Of a DNA stretch of 43,400 bases, positions 23,980 through 35,351 are shown in pieces. Location: contig NC_068985.1 in assembly GCF_001194135.2 (NCBI RefSeq), positions 30,319,588 through 30,362,987 on the forward strand. Direction: 5' to 3'. Numbering within the stretch: the first letter of the stretch is position 1; the number at the start of each line of letters is the position of its first letter. The stretch comes from Octopus bimaculoides (lineage: Eukaryota). The notes under the pieces are model-generated. The model was not told the DNA's origin and did no database searches. It saw only the letters and a program-made list of their open reading frames with translations. A program made the translations under genes and the position numbers.

Positions 23980-26430
23980 GTAAGCATTCGTTACTTTAAC
24001 CTCTCCCACTGTACAAGCAATACATTCTCATCTCGTTCCTTTAATTATGCAGCTCTATAGATTTCCCTCAAACGAATCGACCCCAGTACTTATTTGTATA
24101 AGCCTGGAACTTATTCTATCTTCTCTTTTTCCGAATTGCTAAGTTACTGAAATGTAAACTAATCAACACATTGTCAAGATGTGGTGGTGGACAAACACAA
24201 AGACACATATGCTTGTGTGTAAGCAAGCTAAGAATCCATAATTTAGGAAAAAATATGCACTCTTATATCTGTCAAAAAAGTGAGTATATTAATTGAAGTG
24301 TAATTGTATTATATATCCATTATAACTGATCTTAATTGGTTTCACACTAGGCATTCAACAGTGTCAGGTAACAGTCTGATTATGTAACCCTGCACTCTTC
24401 AGAGATGGCAGTTATGGAATAAAATATGGCGACTGCTCTCTATTGTTTGAGGAGAATGCCTAGTGCAAAACCGATTTGTAAGATCAGCTGTAATGGATAT
24501 ATAATGGTGCACACTCCAATTAATATGAATATATATGTGTGTGTATGTATATATATACTATTGAACCTTGGGAAGAGCATTATGCCGGTAATAATAAACA
24601 CATGCACTGGTTCGGTCCTTTATTGTTATTGTTCGTGTTATAGTATTTCAATTGTATTTCTTTCAACACACGAATTCACATAAAGTTTAACATTTTAGTT
24701 TAAACCATAACTTCGATTAGATTAGTTAATTTAGTTCTTTTTAGTGTATTTACTTATTAAATTATATATATTTATATACCTACAAATGTCGAGACTCACA
24801 GAGCAGATGACAGAGGATTGAAACTTCTGGCTGTTTACTGTGCTTGAGAGGACTTACCAAGCTAAGTAAAGGCATGGTTGTCCTTGCATACAGGCTTGTG
24901 CTTTGCAGCCCTCTCCAGCTGAACATTCTTAATCTTGTGGGCTCATGTGTGCTGGTGCCATATAAAAGCACCCAGTACACTCTGTGAATTGGTTGGCATT
25001 AGTGAGGGCATCAAGCTGTAGAAACTATGCCAAACCAGACATGGAGCCTGGTCAGATCCTGTCAAACTGTCCAACCCATGCCAGCATGGAAAAACAGACC
25101 TTAAATGATGGTGATGATATATGACTGGCCTCTTTCAGTTTCTGTCTTCCAGATCCACTCACAAGTCTTTAGACAGCCTGAGGCTATGGCTTAATTGTTT
25201 CCTTTCTATCTTCTTCAGGTTCAAGGCTTTAAAGAATAAATCAGATGAAGGTAAGTTTATTTACTTTTAAATATAGAAATATTATTTCACTTGTTTGTTT
25301 ATTGAAATAATTATCACTATTATTATTTACTTTATCACAGTGTATCCAGGAATATATTAATTCTTGATAACTAATGTACATGAAAACCCATCCTCTATTC
25401 TCTGGGGTCACATTCATGCTTAACTCAGCATTGACTGCTTGTTATGAAATTTTAGAAATATCAATGGAAAGCCGCTGTTGTGTTATTATTAAGGCGGTGA
25501 GCTGGCAGAATCATTAACACACCAGATGAAATGCTTAGCGGTATTTCGCCTGTCGCTATGTTCTGAGTTCAAATTCTGCTGAGGTCAACTTTGCCTTTCA
25601 TCCTTTCAGAGTGGTTAAATTAAGTACCAGTGAAACACTGGGATCAATGTAATTGACTAGTCCCCTCTCCACGAATTTCAGGTCCTGTGCTTTTAGTAGA
25701 AATTATTATTATTATTAAGGTAGCGAGGTAGCAGAATTGTTAGCACACTAGATGAAATCCTTAGCAGTATTTTGCCCATCGTTACATTCTGAGTTCAAAT
25801 TCCATCGATTTTACCTTTCAGTCTTTCAGGGTCAATAAAATAAGTACCAGTTGAACACTGGGGTTGATGCAATCAACTCATTCCATTCCCCAAAATTGTT
25901 GCCCTTGTGGGAAAATGTGAAACCATCATTATCATTATTATTGCTATTAAGGTGGCAAACTGGCAGAATTGTTAACACGCCAGGCAAAATGCTTAGCTGT
26001 ATTTTGTCTGCCGCTACGTTCTGAATCAAATCCAAGGTCGATAAGTTAAGTACCAGTGAAACACTGGAGGTGATGTAATCAACTAGTCTCCTCCCATAAA
26101 ATTTCAGGCCTTGTGCCTATGAGTAGAAAGGATTATTATTATTATTATTATTAAGGGGGTGAGGTGGCAGAATTGTTGGCATGCCGGTCAAAATGCTTAG
26201 TGGCGTTTTGTCTGTCTTCATGTTTTGAGTTTAAATTCCACCAAGGTTGACTTTGCCTTTCATCTTTTTTGGGGTTGATAAAATATATACCAGATGAATT
26301 TTGGGGTCGATGTAATTTACTTACCCACTCCCCTCAAACATGCTGGTCTTGTGCCAAAGTTTGAAATTATCATTATTATTATTATTAAAGTGGTGATCTG
26401 GCAGAATCATTAGAATTTTATCAGCTTAAA

Positions 26431-26492
<62 letters not shown>

Positions 26493-27154
26493 GTAAATAT
26501 GTATGCATGTATGATGGGCTTTCCCATTGAAGATAATGTATGAGCATTCAGCTTTTACCAAACGACTGGCACAAATGATTTGTTTCATACTAGCACAGTT
26601 GTCTCTCTTGCACACCACATCTGACACCTCTTATGCCTAATTTTTCTTTCAAGATACTAACACTCTGTCAAACATACCACACTTACATTGTACATCTAGT
26701 GAAGCATACTGGCTTCAAGCCTACATATGTCCTTAGCTATCACAGCCCGTGTTTCACTGCCATGTAGCATAGCTGTACATGCACAGGCATCATACAATCT
26801 GTCTTTCACTCTGAGAGAGAGGCCTTTGTTGCCAGAAGAGGTAGGAGCTCTCTGAACTTTGCCCAGCCTGATCTTATTCTCACAGCTATGCTCTCGGAGC
26901 ATCCACCTCTGCTACTAATTTGGTCATCTAGATAACAGAAGCAATCTACTACCTCTAGCTTGCCCCACTTCCTCCATCAAATCAACATTGCCTGAACAAG
27001 TGCCACACATCAGGTGTTGAAGTGATTGCAGAGCAACATGAGCTGAAGTGTTTTTGCTCAAGAACACAATGCACCACTTAGTCTAGGAATTGAAACTATG
27101 TTCCTGGGATCATGAGTGCAACACACTAACCACTAGACTATGCATCCTTATATA

Positions 27155-27210
<56 letters not shown>

Positions 27211-28716
27211 TATATATATATACTGTTATATTTGGGGATGGTCATCTTTTGCCAATTCACTTTTGTTTTATTAGTATTTTCTTATTTTTAGTTTATTTGT
27301 CTGTCATTTTTTTCATCACACATTCTGTGATAGAGAGTCACTGAAGAGGTCTCAGAATGTGTGACAAAATAACTTTGACAGACAAAACTAAAAAACAATA
27401 ATAAGAGCTCTCAGAGAGCGCAAACCTCCACCAAGGCAACACCATCCGATCAACAATCAGCCGGAGATGATTTTTAAAATGAGAATATCTGAAATAAACT
27501 CGACTGCTCTCACAAACAAGAATACTAAAAATGAACCCAACTGCTCTCAAAAATTAAGTAAGATAAACAGAAAAATAATCCATAATCCTTGTCTGGTACC
27601 TGATTGATCCCAATGGTAGTCATGGAATATGAAGGTGGGTGTGCAGGCCGTGTTTGTAATGTGTTTGTGTGTGTGTGTATGTTGTCTGCAGTGGGAACAG
27701 GGACAGTTTCTCTTTGAAAGCCTTTTTTTTAGTTTATCCACTGATACAGTGTCCTTATGACCATTAAGGTCTATAGTGAAAAATTTATCTGTGCATGAAA
27801 GAAAATGAAAAGAACCTGCATACAGTGCTGTTAACAGAGGTTTAATAACATCATTGCCCACAAAAACGTGAGTCCAAGAAGTAAAGTTTCCTTCAAGGCA
27901 GAGCTAGAAATGCAATTGTCAAGTAGGTAAGAGGTTTGAAACAGGAGCAATATATTCAAAATTGGTAAACTAAAAATTGTCCAGGGTATATTAAATATAT
28001 TATTGTTACTGAATATGTTAGTGTTATTTAATTTCTGAATGGTTTTGCTGCCATTTGTTTATGTAGTTTGATTTCTTTATCTATCAGTTTCTACTAAGAT
28101 AGAGATGTGAGTAAAATTAATAATAGAGAATGGAAAATAAAACTTTGGAAACAGCAATGCTGCCATAACGTAAATGGAAACTATGAACGTGCTTTCAAGA
28201 GAGATAATCAGAGAAAAACTTGATAGTAAATATAACAAATAATCCAGAATTCTTGTCTGGTACTGGATCGATCCCAAAATCTAATCAATTTGTGCCAGTC
28301 ACAAAGCCAAACATCCCTGAAAGTTTCATCTAAATTCATCCAGCAGATAGTTGAATGATATATATATATATTATATAATGTCTTTTGCAGAAAACAAATG
28401 TTGGTGCCAGACCTGTGGTACTTATTACTTTCCAAATAACTTAAAAGTAAGACTTTCACCCAAATTAACCCTGAATAAGCATATAAAGTCGTTGGTGAAA
28501 CGATACAAGAAGGATCCTGATTCACTAAAGGCATGTCAACAATCTCTAGCACTTCACTATCTGAATGGAAGAAATAAATTGGTGAGTTTATTGTTTCTTT
28601 TGTCTTCTTTTACTTAACAAGCATTTTTATATGGTAATAAGTGCTGACCCCAAGTGAAAAGCACCAAACACACTGTAAAGTTGTTGGCATTAGGAAAGGT
28701 ATCCAACTGTAGAAAC

Positions 28717-28749
<33 letters not shown>

Positions 28750-31700
28750 TATAACCGTCCAACTCATGCCAGCATGAAAGGCAGGCGTCAAACGATGATA
28801 ATATTGTGTATGTAACATCTGCACTGTTCCAAATATTTTACCTTTCTTCTTCTATAGCATGTATTTGTGTGTTATATTTATTTTATGTATATCAATACAC
28901 ATATGTTTCCATTACCTGAAGGTCCTTACATGTCAAGTGTGTCATACCAAAAAAAGTTACAAAGGAAAGAAACGGTTACCTATTAAATGGACTACTCCTT
29001 CAAACAGCACTGACAATTCTGTGGGTGAGTTTTTTTTTTTACTGTTTTCATCCATTCTTGCACAGTGAAATACTTTGGGCCAGAGCGAATTATTTCCCTT
29101 CCTATTAATTGTTTTATGATACACTTTTTTTTTCATGCTTGCATGGATCAGATGGAATTCATTGAGATGGATTTTCTACAGCTGATGCCTTTCCTGTCAC
29201 TAACTCTCACTTGTTTCCCTGCAAGATAATATTTCCTCATAACCAGATGTTGTTTTCATGGAAGATTGGAAACAGATGACACTTCTTAAATGATTGTGAC
29301 ATTTGTTTACAACTATCACATAATATTAAGATGGGGGAGACAATACTTACACACACATACATGACTAGCTTCTTTCAGTTTCCATCTATGAAATCCACTT
29401 ACATGGTTATAGCAGAAGACACTTACCCAAAGTATTACTCACTGGGACTGAATACAAAACCACATGATTGAGAAGCAATGTCCTGTCACCCTCTTCATTT
29501 TTTTGTGCTCAGCTTTTCAGACAAGACAGCCTGGCATATCCAGCAAACCATTTTTGCTCCACTTCTCTACAATCTAGAGAACTTCCATTTTCAATGCTAG
29601 GCTGACAACCCATTATGAACTAAGATGCTAATTGAATTCATGAACTATTCTCAATTTCCTGTTGTAGCTATGTCACTTTGTTGTGAATATCCCTGCGAAG
29701 GCATCACTATCAAAATGTCCATCACACTCCACTGAAGTCATTAGAGCTTCTTGTCTTTTTAACACTTGACTATTTATTGTGCTAATACCATGTAGAAAGC
29801 ACTGAGTCCACTCTGCTGAGTGGTTGGTTTTAGGAAGGGCATCCAGCTGTAAAAATCCTGCCAAAACAGTCACAGAATCTGGTGCAGGTTTCTGCTTGGC
29901 CGGCTTTTGAGAAACTGTCCCACCCATGCTAGTATGGAAGGTGTATATTAAACGATGATGATTATGAAGATATTTAGGGTGTGTGATGAATACTTAAAGT
30001 GTGAATATGTTTATGCATGTATCTTGTGTATGTATATTTAGGTGAATATTTATATGTATGTGCCTTTTTTTTCTTTTGTTAATTTTTGCAGAAGATTCTA
30101 AGTTGAAAAAGCAACAGCTAGTATTGGAAATTATGTCAGAAATGAAATCTAAGAAAAAGAAAGCATCTTCAGTAAGGTGAGACTTAAAAGGAAGTTTTGT
30201 GTGTTTATTCGGTAGGGGGATTTGATAAAGTACCAATAGGTATTAGTATTGATATAATCAACTATTCCCCACCCTTCAAGTTTCAGGCCTTATGCTACAT
30301 TTGAAACAGTTGTTGTTGTTGTTATTAGTAAGATGGTGAGCTGACAGAATTGTTAGCACACTGGGCAAAATGTTTAGTAGCATTTTGTCTTTAGATTCTG
30401 AGTTCAAATTCTGCTGAGGTCGACTTTGACTTTCATCCCTTTGTGGTCAATAAAATAAGTATTACTTGAACAATAGGGTCAATCTAATCAACTTCTCCAT
30501 CCCTTTACTCCTTCCCTTGGAATTTTGTCTTTCATTTTTCCAGAAATGGTAAAATAAAGTACCTGTAAAGTCTTGGGGTTAATGGCATTGACTAATCTTC
30601 TCCCCTCAAAATTACTGGCTTTGTGCCTTAATTCAAAGGTTGGTGAATTAACAGGATTGTTGGAGTGTTGAACAAAATGCCTTGCAGTATTTGTTCTGGC
30701 TCTTTACATTCTTTGTTCAAATTCTGCTGAGGTCAACTTTACCTTTCATCATCTTCCTGGGGGGGGGGGGGACATCAAAATAAAGTGTCAGTCAAATACT
30801 GGAGTCAATGTAACTGACTGTCCCCTCCCCTAAAATTTCAGGCCTTATCCTTATAGTAGAAAGGATTGGGGACAGGAAGCTGGCAGAATCATTAACATGT
30901 CAGACAAAATGCTGCTAAGTAGAAAGGATTATTATTAGTAGCAGTAGAATAGAGAAGTAGATTGGTAGAATTGATAAAGCACAAGTCCTATTTTGCCTTT
31001 AAATCATTCTTGAATTGATAAATGCCAGTCAAGTATTCTTGTAATGGCATTCACCCAGGAGGGATTAAGCCAGCTCCTATTGTGAGTTCATAAGAGTCTC
31101 AAGGGATGATCAGCCTGCAAAAACAGTTCTTGTCAGTATTTATAAGTCACCATACATGACCAATGGCAGGTGGTAGTCATGTTAGACATACTCGCCACAG
31201 ATGCGATCCAATGCCACCAGATTCTGGAATTCACCATTACCCTCCTGTTAGCTGGGTTGTGGCCCTAGCACTGCCAGGTGTCAGACCTGTCTGCCTTGGA
31301 TGGCCCTACCAAGAACTCTTGATGGCATAGCTCTGACACTCATTTAACCTTCCCACCATGATAAGATCAACTCTACAGTGTCTATATTAGAAAAGGTAGA
31401 AATAACAATGGACAAATAGTATTTAATGTAAATATTTTGTTATGAGTTCAAATCTTGCATGTTGATTTATCATTCATCCTGCCAAGACTGATCCTGGGGA
31501 TTATTTAAAATAACTTTACTCTTCTTCCATACGAGTTTGTGTTGTACCAGTATCAGAAGCCATTATTAAGCTGGGTTGTGGAATGACATATTTCGTTGAG
31601 TAATGGACACAATTTTTGTGGTTCTTTGTTACAGTCTGTTGCATCTTGAGTTCAGAGTGAATAAGATGGGTGTGAGTCAAGCACTGGGGTTAATTTAATT

Positions 31701-32608
31701 TGACCGCTCTTCTCCCCAGTTTTGTGAACTTACACCAATTTTAGAAATCATTTATATATTGGATAACAAATATTAGAGACACACCCTGGGTTTGATTTAA
31801 CCAACCATACCTTACGTTATGCATATACTTGTGCCACAGTAAGAAATCATTAATACTGTGAGGTTTTTGGATATAACTCGGCATTTTCAGTAGATGTCAA
31901 ACAAAATACCATCTGGTATCTATGCAGTCCTTTATGTTCTTAGTTCAAATCCTGCTGAGATCAGTTTTGCCTTTCATCCTTCTGTAGTTAATAAAATAAA
32001 GTGCCAGTCAAGTACTCAAATAACTGGTCATTTTTTTACTTCTAAATTAATAAGAGGTAGGGCATGTCTGACTTTTGCATGACTTTCAAGGTTGGTGAAA
32101 TTGATAGGGGACCTCAATGCCAGCCTCATCGTCTGTGGGTCAATATATGCTGATATGTGGGAGAAATATGGGTAAAGAAAGAATTGGGAGGCTGTCTGAA
32201 AGCTTGCAATGGAATGAATTCTGTTAAACATGCATTTCATAGTGGGTATTGTTCTAAAACATGCGGCTAGCAGTGATTTCCAATTAGTTACTCTGGTTTA
32301 ACTACTTTATTTTGTATGTCTTTAATAACTCTCTACTGTTCGTTTAATTACATGTACTATAAGTTTTAGTTGGGATTTGAAATGTTTGGCTTGAAATTTT
32401 GCTTTTTAGTCAGATTTTGGCATCAAATATAACATGTATTCTTTTTTCTTTTTTTCTCTCAAGTTCGGAAAAGCAACGCAATTCAAAACACAAAAAGACC
32501 AAAAAACAACCATCCTGGAAGGTGAAATGTGAAATGAAAGCACTTTTGAACAAAGAATCTACAGTTTCAAATGATGATTCTTTACTGAACTTTTTGTTGA
32601 ATACTTAA
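23903..32608 (+). CDS. C18orf21: C18orf21/RMP24 orthologue (Rpr2/Rpp21/Snm1-family zinc-ribbon protein, putative RNase MRP-specific subunit); complete spliced CDS, 210 aa
   Basis: join(23903-23979,25219-25250,28391-28581,28922-29024,30092-30176,32464-32608) = 633 nt. All introns are GT-AG, phases are consistent, and the start has good context (cataATGg). Protein: MDQFKRYSTLAQNYLALSPELSRYFMFKALKNKSDEENKCWCQTCGTYYFPNNLKVRLSPKLTLNKHIKSLVKRYKKDPDSLKACQQSLALHYLNGRNKLVLTCQVCHTKKSYKGKKR...MKALLNKESTVSNDDSLLNFLLNT*. The two CxxC pairs, VRLxPK, LxCxxC...GKxR and the terminal L..LL......NFL helix align by eye with human C18orf21 as recalled. Confidence 0.85.
24070..24205 (-). mobile_element. Family 1 SINE tail fragment in RMP24 intron 1
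   Basis: gaatcgaccccagtacttat...cttattctatc...gctaagttac...ttgtcaag matches the inverted tail at 906-1105. Confidence 0.65.
24945..25118 (+). mobile_element. Family 3 SINE/LINE-tail repeat ending in (GAT)n
   Basis: aaaagcaccc..acactc...ggttggcattag..agggcatc.agctgtagaaac...ccaacccatgccagcatggaaa...ttaaatgatg. Related copies at about 28655-28800, 29785-29965, 33330-33490, 37180-37536 and 40480-40560. Confidence 0.7.
25219..25250 (+). CDS. C18orf21: C18orf21/RMP24 coding exon 2 (32 nt)
   Basis: Acceptor ctatcttcttcag, donor AAG|gtaagt. Phases 2/1 bridge exons 1 and 3 exactly: (M)FKALKNKSDE(E). Confidence 0.75.
25491..26432 (+). repeat. Head-to-tail array of about 210-bp tRNA-like SINE units (family 2) separated by (ATT)n: four full units and one partial
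   Basis: Units start at 25491, 25717, 25949, 26153 and 26387 with AAGG(C/T)GG..A.CTGGCAGAAT (A box) and contain GAGTTCAAATTC (B box). Confidence 0.85.
26560..26985 (-). mobile_element. RTE-clade LINE fragment (RT C-terminus)
   Basis: GKLEVVDCFCYL...GGCS, KGLSLRVKDRLYDAC...AMLHGSET.AV...LEASML and LKEKLGIRGVRCGVQERQL, typical of the RTE/BovB post-RT region. Confidence 0.85.
28391..28581 (+). CDS. C18orf21: C18orf21/RMP24 coding exon 3 (first CxxC)
   Basis: Acceptor tcttttgcag, donor TTG|gtgagt. Encodes NKCWCQTCGTYYFPNNLKVRLSPK...NGRNKL. Confidence 0.9.
28922..29024 (+). CDS. C18orf21: C18orf21/RMP24 coding exon 4 (second CxxC)
   Basis: Acceptor ttccattacctgaag, donor GTGG|gtgagt. Encodes VLTCQVCHTKKSYKGKKRLPIKWTTPSNSTDNSV. 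Confidence 0.85.
30092..30176 (+). CDS. C18orf21: C18orf21/RMP24 coding exon 5
   Basis: Long pyrimidine tract plus tttgcag acceptor. Encodes (E)DSKLKKQQLVLEIMSEMKSKKKKASSV. Donor AG|gtgaga keeps frame with exon 6. Confidence 0.75.
30225..30945 (+). repeat. Second head-to-tail cluster of family 2 SINE units
   Basis: Unit heads at about 30330, 30640 and 30875, plus headless 3' parts; all on the + strand. Confidence 0.75.
32464..32608 (+). CDS. C18orf21: C18orf21/RMP24 last coding exon
   Basis: Acceptor ttttttctctcaag. Encodes SEKQRNSKHKKTKKQPSWKVKCEMKALLNKESTVSNDDSLLNFLLNT*, which resembles the recalled human C-terminus (LKMLLSQ...FRNFLSSL). Confidence 0.8.
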
Positions 32609-32699
32609 TATTCTGATCAAGATTGCTCATATGTGTCTGTGAAGCAACTATGGGAAAGCAAATAAGATCAACATAAACAAATTTTCACAATTATTCTTC

Positions 32700-33265
32700 A
32701 AAACATTGTGAGTCAACTTCATTTTCATTTTTCCATGGGGTTGATAAAATGAATACCAATCATTTACTAGTAGACAAACTGAATATACTCTCCTACAAAG
32801 TTTGCAGCATTATGTCAATGTTAATGTTAAGGCAGCAAGCTGGCAAAATTGTTAGCAAACCAAGCAAAATGCTTCGCAGAATTTTATCTGTCTTTACATT
32901 CCAAGTTCAAATTCTGCCAACGTCAACTTTGTCTTTCATCCTTTTTTTTTTTGCGTGGGGGGGTGTCAATAAATTAAGTACCAGTGAAACACTGGGGTCA
33001 ATGTAATTGTCTAGTCTCCACCCCAAATATTTCAGGCTTTGTGCCTTTTACAGAAAGAATTATCATTATAGTGGTGGTGGTGGTGATGACGATGGGGAGT
33101 TGGCAGAATTTTTAATATACTGGATAAAATGCTTAGTGGCATTTTGACTTTACCTTTCTGGGGTCAATAAAATAAGTACCAGCTGAGCACCAGGGTTGAT
33201 ATAATCAACTAGCTCTCTCCCACCAAAATTTCAGGCCTTGTGCCTATAGTAGAAAGGCTTCTTAG
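32700..33265 (+). repeat. Third cluster of family 2 SINE units, downstream of the RMP24 stop
   Basis: Heads at about 32828 and 33095, with the same A/B boxes and 3' end ...tttcaggccttgtgcctatagtagaaagg. Confidence 0.75.
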
Positions 33266-34523
33266 TAGTATGGTGGTCGTTGGCAGAATTGAAACATTAC
33301 CTTGCAATATTTATTTTTGACCTATGGAAAAAAGCACCCATACACACTGTGAAGTGGTTGGTGTTAGGAAGGGCTACAGAAACCTGGGCCAAAGCTGACA
33401 TGGAGCATGATGCAGCCCTGCGGTTCATTGGATCCTGTCAGAACTGTCCAACTCATGCCTGCATGAAAAATGGATGTTAAATGATGATGACAATTTGTAC
33501 TGAATTCAGATTCTTCCAGCTTTGCCTTGAAATCTCTCATAATTAATAAAATAAAAACCATTCAGATTCTGGGAGTCAATTTAATTGACTGTACACACCC
33601 TACAAAGGATTTGTGGCTTTGTTAGAATCATTTTCGTTTTATATAAGACAGTTACATCTTTTCCCATTTCAGTTCAAATTCTGCCTTTGTCAGCTTTGCC
33701 TTTCAACTCCCTGGAAGTAATTAAATAAGTACCAGATAACTACTGAAGCTGATGCAGTGAACTGTATTATCTCTATCAGAATGTGTAGCCTTGTGATGAA
33801 GATTGAAATCAATTAGTGTTTAAGAATCTTTCATTCTTTTGAAGTTGATAAAATTAGAACCAATGAAATACTGAAATAGATTTAATATTATGCCTTTCTG
33901 TCAATCTTATATAAGCACTGTTGTATTGTCAAAGACTTCATCTTTAAATATTCTTGTACTGCATGTAATTTCTGATAATTCTTTCCCAGACCATCTTGCA
34001 ACTGGACTTGGAATTTCTAGATAAAAAATCATCATCACCATTGTTTTAACTTCCAGTTTTCCATGCTCACATGGCTTAGAAACCATGCCAAAAATGAAAT
34101 CTAAAAGTGAGAAATGGTCCTCTGGCCCATCTAGGAGGACAGTAACTCCAAAGTAAAAACTGAATCAGTATTTGGTGATGGAAAAACATGTATTGCTACT
34201 GATGCTATCCCAATAAAGTTGAACTTTGATTTATAGTCATTAATAGTGAAATTTCTAAATATTTTAGATCTTTCTTGACAGGAAAAAAAAAAATAAACCC
34301 ATCCCTCTACAGACTAATGCAGGTAAATTTTTCTCCCCTCCTATTTTTCTCTTGTTGGTGGGAGTTCAAGGTAATGTGATACTTTTGAATTTATCAAATC
34401 TGAAGTTAAAATTCTTGCAACAACAAAATCTAAGTATATAATGTAATGGAATTTGCTTGGTGGTAGTAGTAGTGAGAATGATATTGCAATTAAAACGATT
34501 TTCTCAGAAATAATCAAAAATAG

Positions 34524-34529
34524 TTTATT
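34524..34529 (-). terminator. Candidate CBS polyadenylation signal (AATAAA)
   Basis: AATAAA on the - strand about 0.7 kb past the CBS stop. The hexamer is common in AT-rich DNA, so support is weak. Confidence 0.25.
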
Positions 34530-35235
34530 TAAAATACCATCAAATCATAATCTTTAGATATTTTCTGTTAACATAATAATTCAACGGAATTTGTATTGTT
34601 AGACATAAGTACCAAATTTTCAAAATGCCCAGACTTTTGTTTCTTGATGTAATTTTAAATTCAGATAAAAAAAGATAGCTCTTAAAACAATAAGCATATT
34701 TTAAACAGAATTTAGAAGCAATAATGATAATTATGAAGTAGCAACTCTTACAGAATTATTTTGTAACACCTGTCCATAACCTGCTGCTTTAGAAGAAGAA
34801 ACATAGCCTAATATAGAGAACACAAAATTTCCAGATAAATTTAAATGAATAACAAATAAATAAATGTTATTTGAACTGGAGGCTTCTTTTAGAAGTTAGT
34901 TTATACACCTATTAAAGCATAGCTTATCAATTATATACTTCTTAGGCAAGAATAAAGAACTTTATATGAAACCTATGACCAGCACAGGATAACTAATAAA
35001 AATTTATGCTAAAATAATTATAAACTTTAGTGGAAATGAATTATAAAATATTCAAAATTATGTGCACCATATTCCATTGAAAAAAATAAGTTAAAAGAAA
35101 AACATTTTGTAATATTCAACATATAAGATCAGCACCATGTAAGAAAAATATATACCATTAGAAATATCATGTGATAAAAATTGGCAGCATTAGAAATATA
35201 ATGTGATAAAAATTGGTAACAAGATGGAAGGATTA

Positions 35236-35351
35236 TTATTCTGCACCATTGCTAACTTCATGGGTGTCTTTTTTTGACAAGAAATTAAGAAGGTCCAGAC
35301 GAGTAGCAATTCCAAAGATATTCGTTTTGACAGAACCATGAAGATGACCAC
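35236..35351 (-). CDS. CBS: CBS last coding exon ...[27 protein letters not shown]
   Basis: Acceptor tttttctcattacag. Matches human VFGVVTAIDLLNFV. Stop TAA at 35238-35236. Confidence 0.93.

Noticed and set aside
24426-24683. ORF with strong start context (aaaatATGGCG)
   Set aside because: It lies in RMP24 intron 1. Its donor (ATTT|gtaaga) is phase 1 and gives a stop in exon 2, and it shows no homology.
25491-26432. CRISPR-like or tRNA-array appearance of the repeated units
   Set aside because: Units are about 210 bp, diverged and dispersed across the window, with no unique spacers and no cloverleaf 3' half. They are SINEs in a eukaryotic intron.
31080-31400. GC-richer intronic segment considered as a hosted ncRNA (snoRNA or RNase MRP RNA)
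   Set aside because: No C/D, H/ACA or P4 (GARAR) motifs recognised. It looks more like a LINE 5' UTR remnant; an Rfam scan would settle it.
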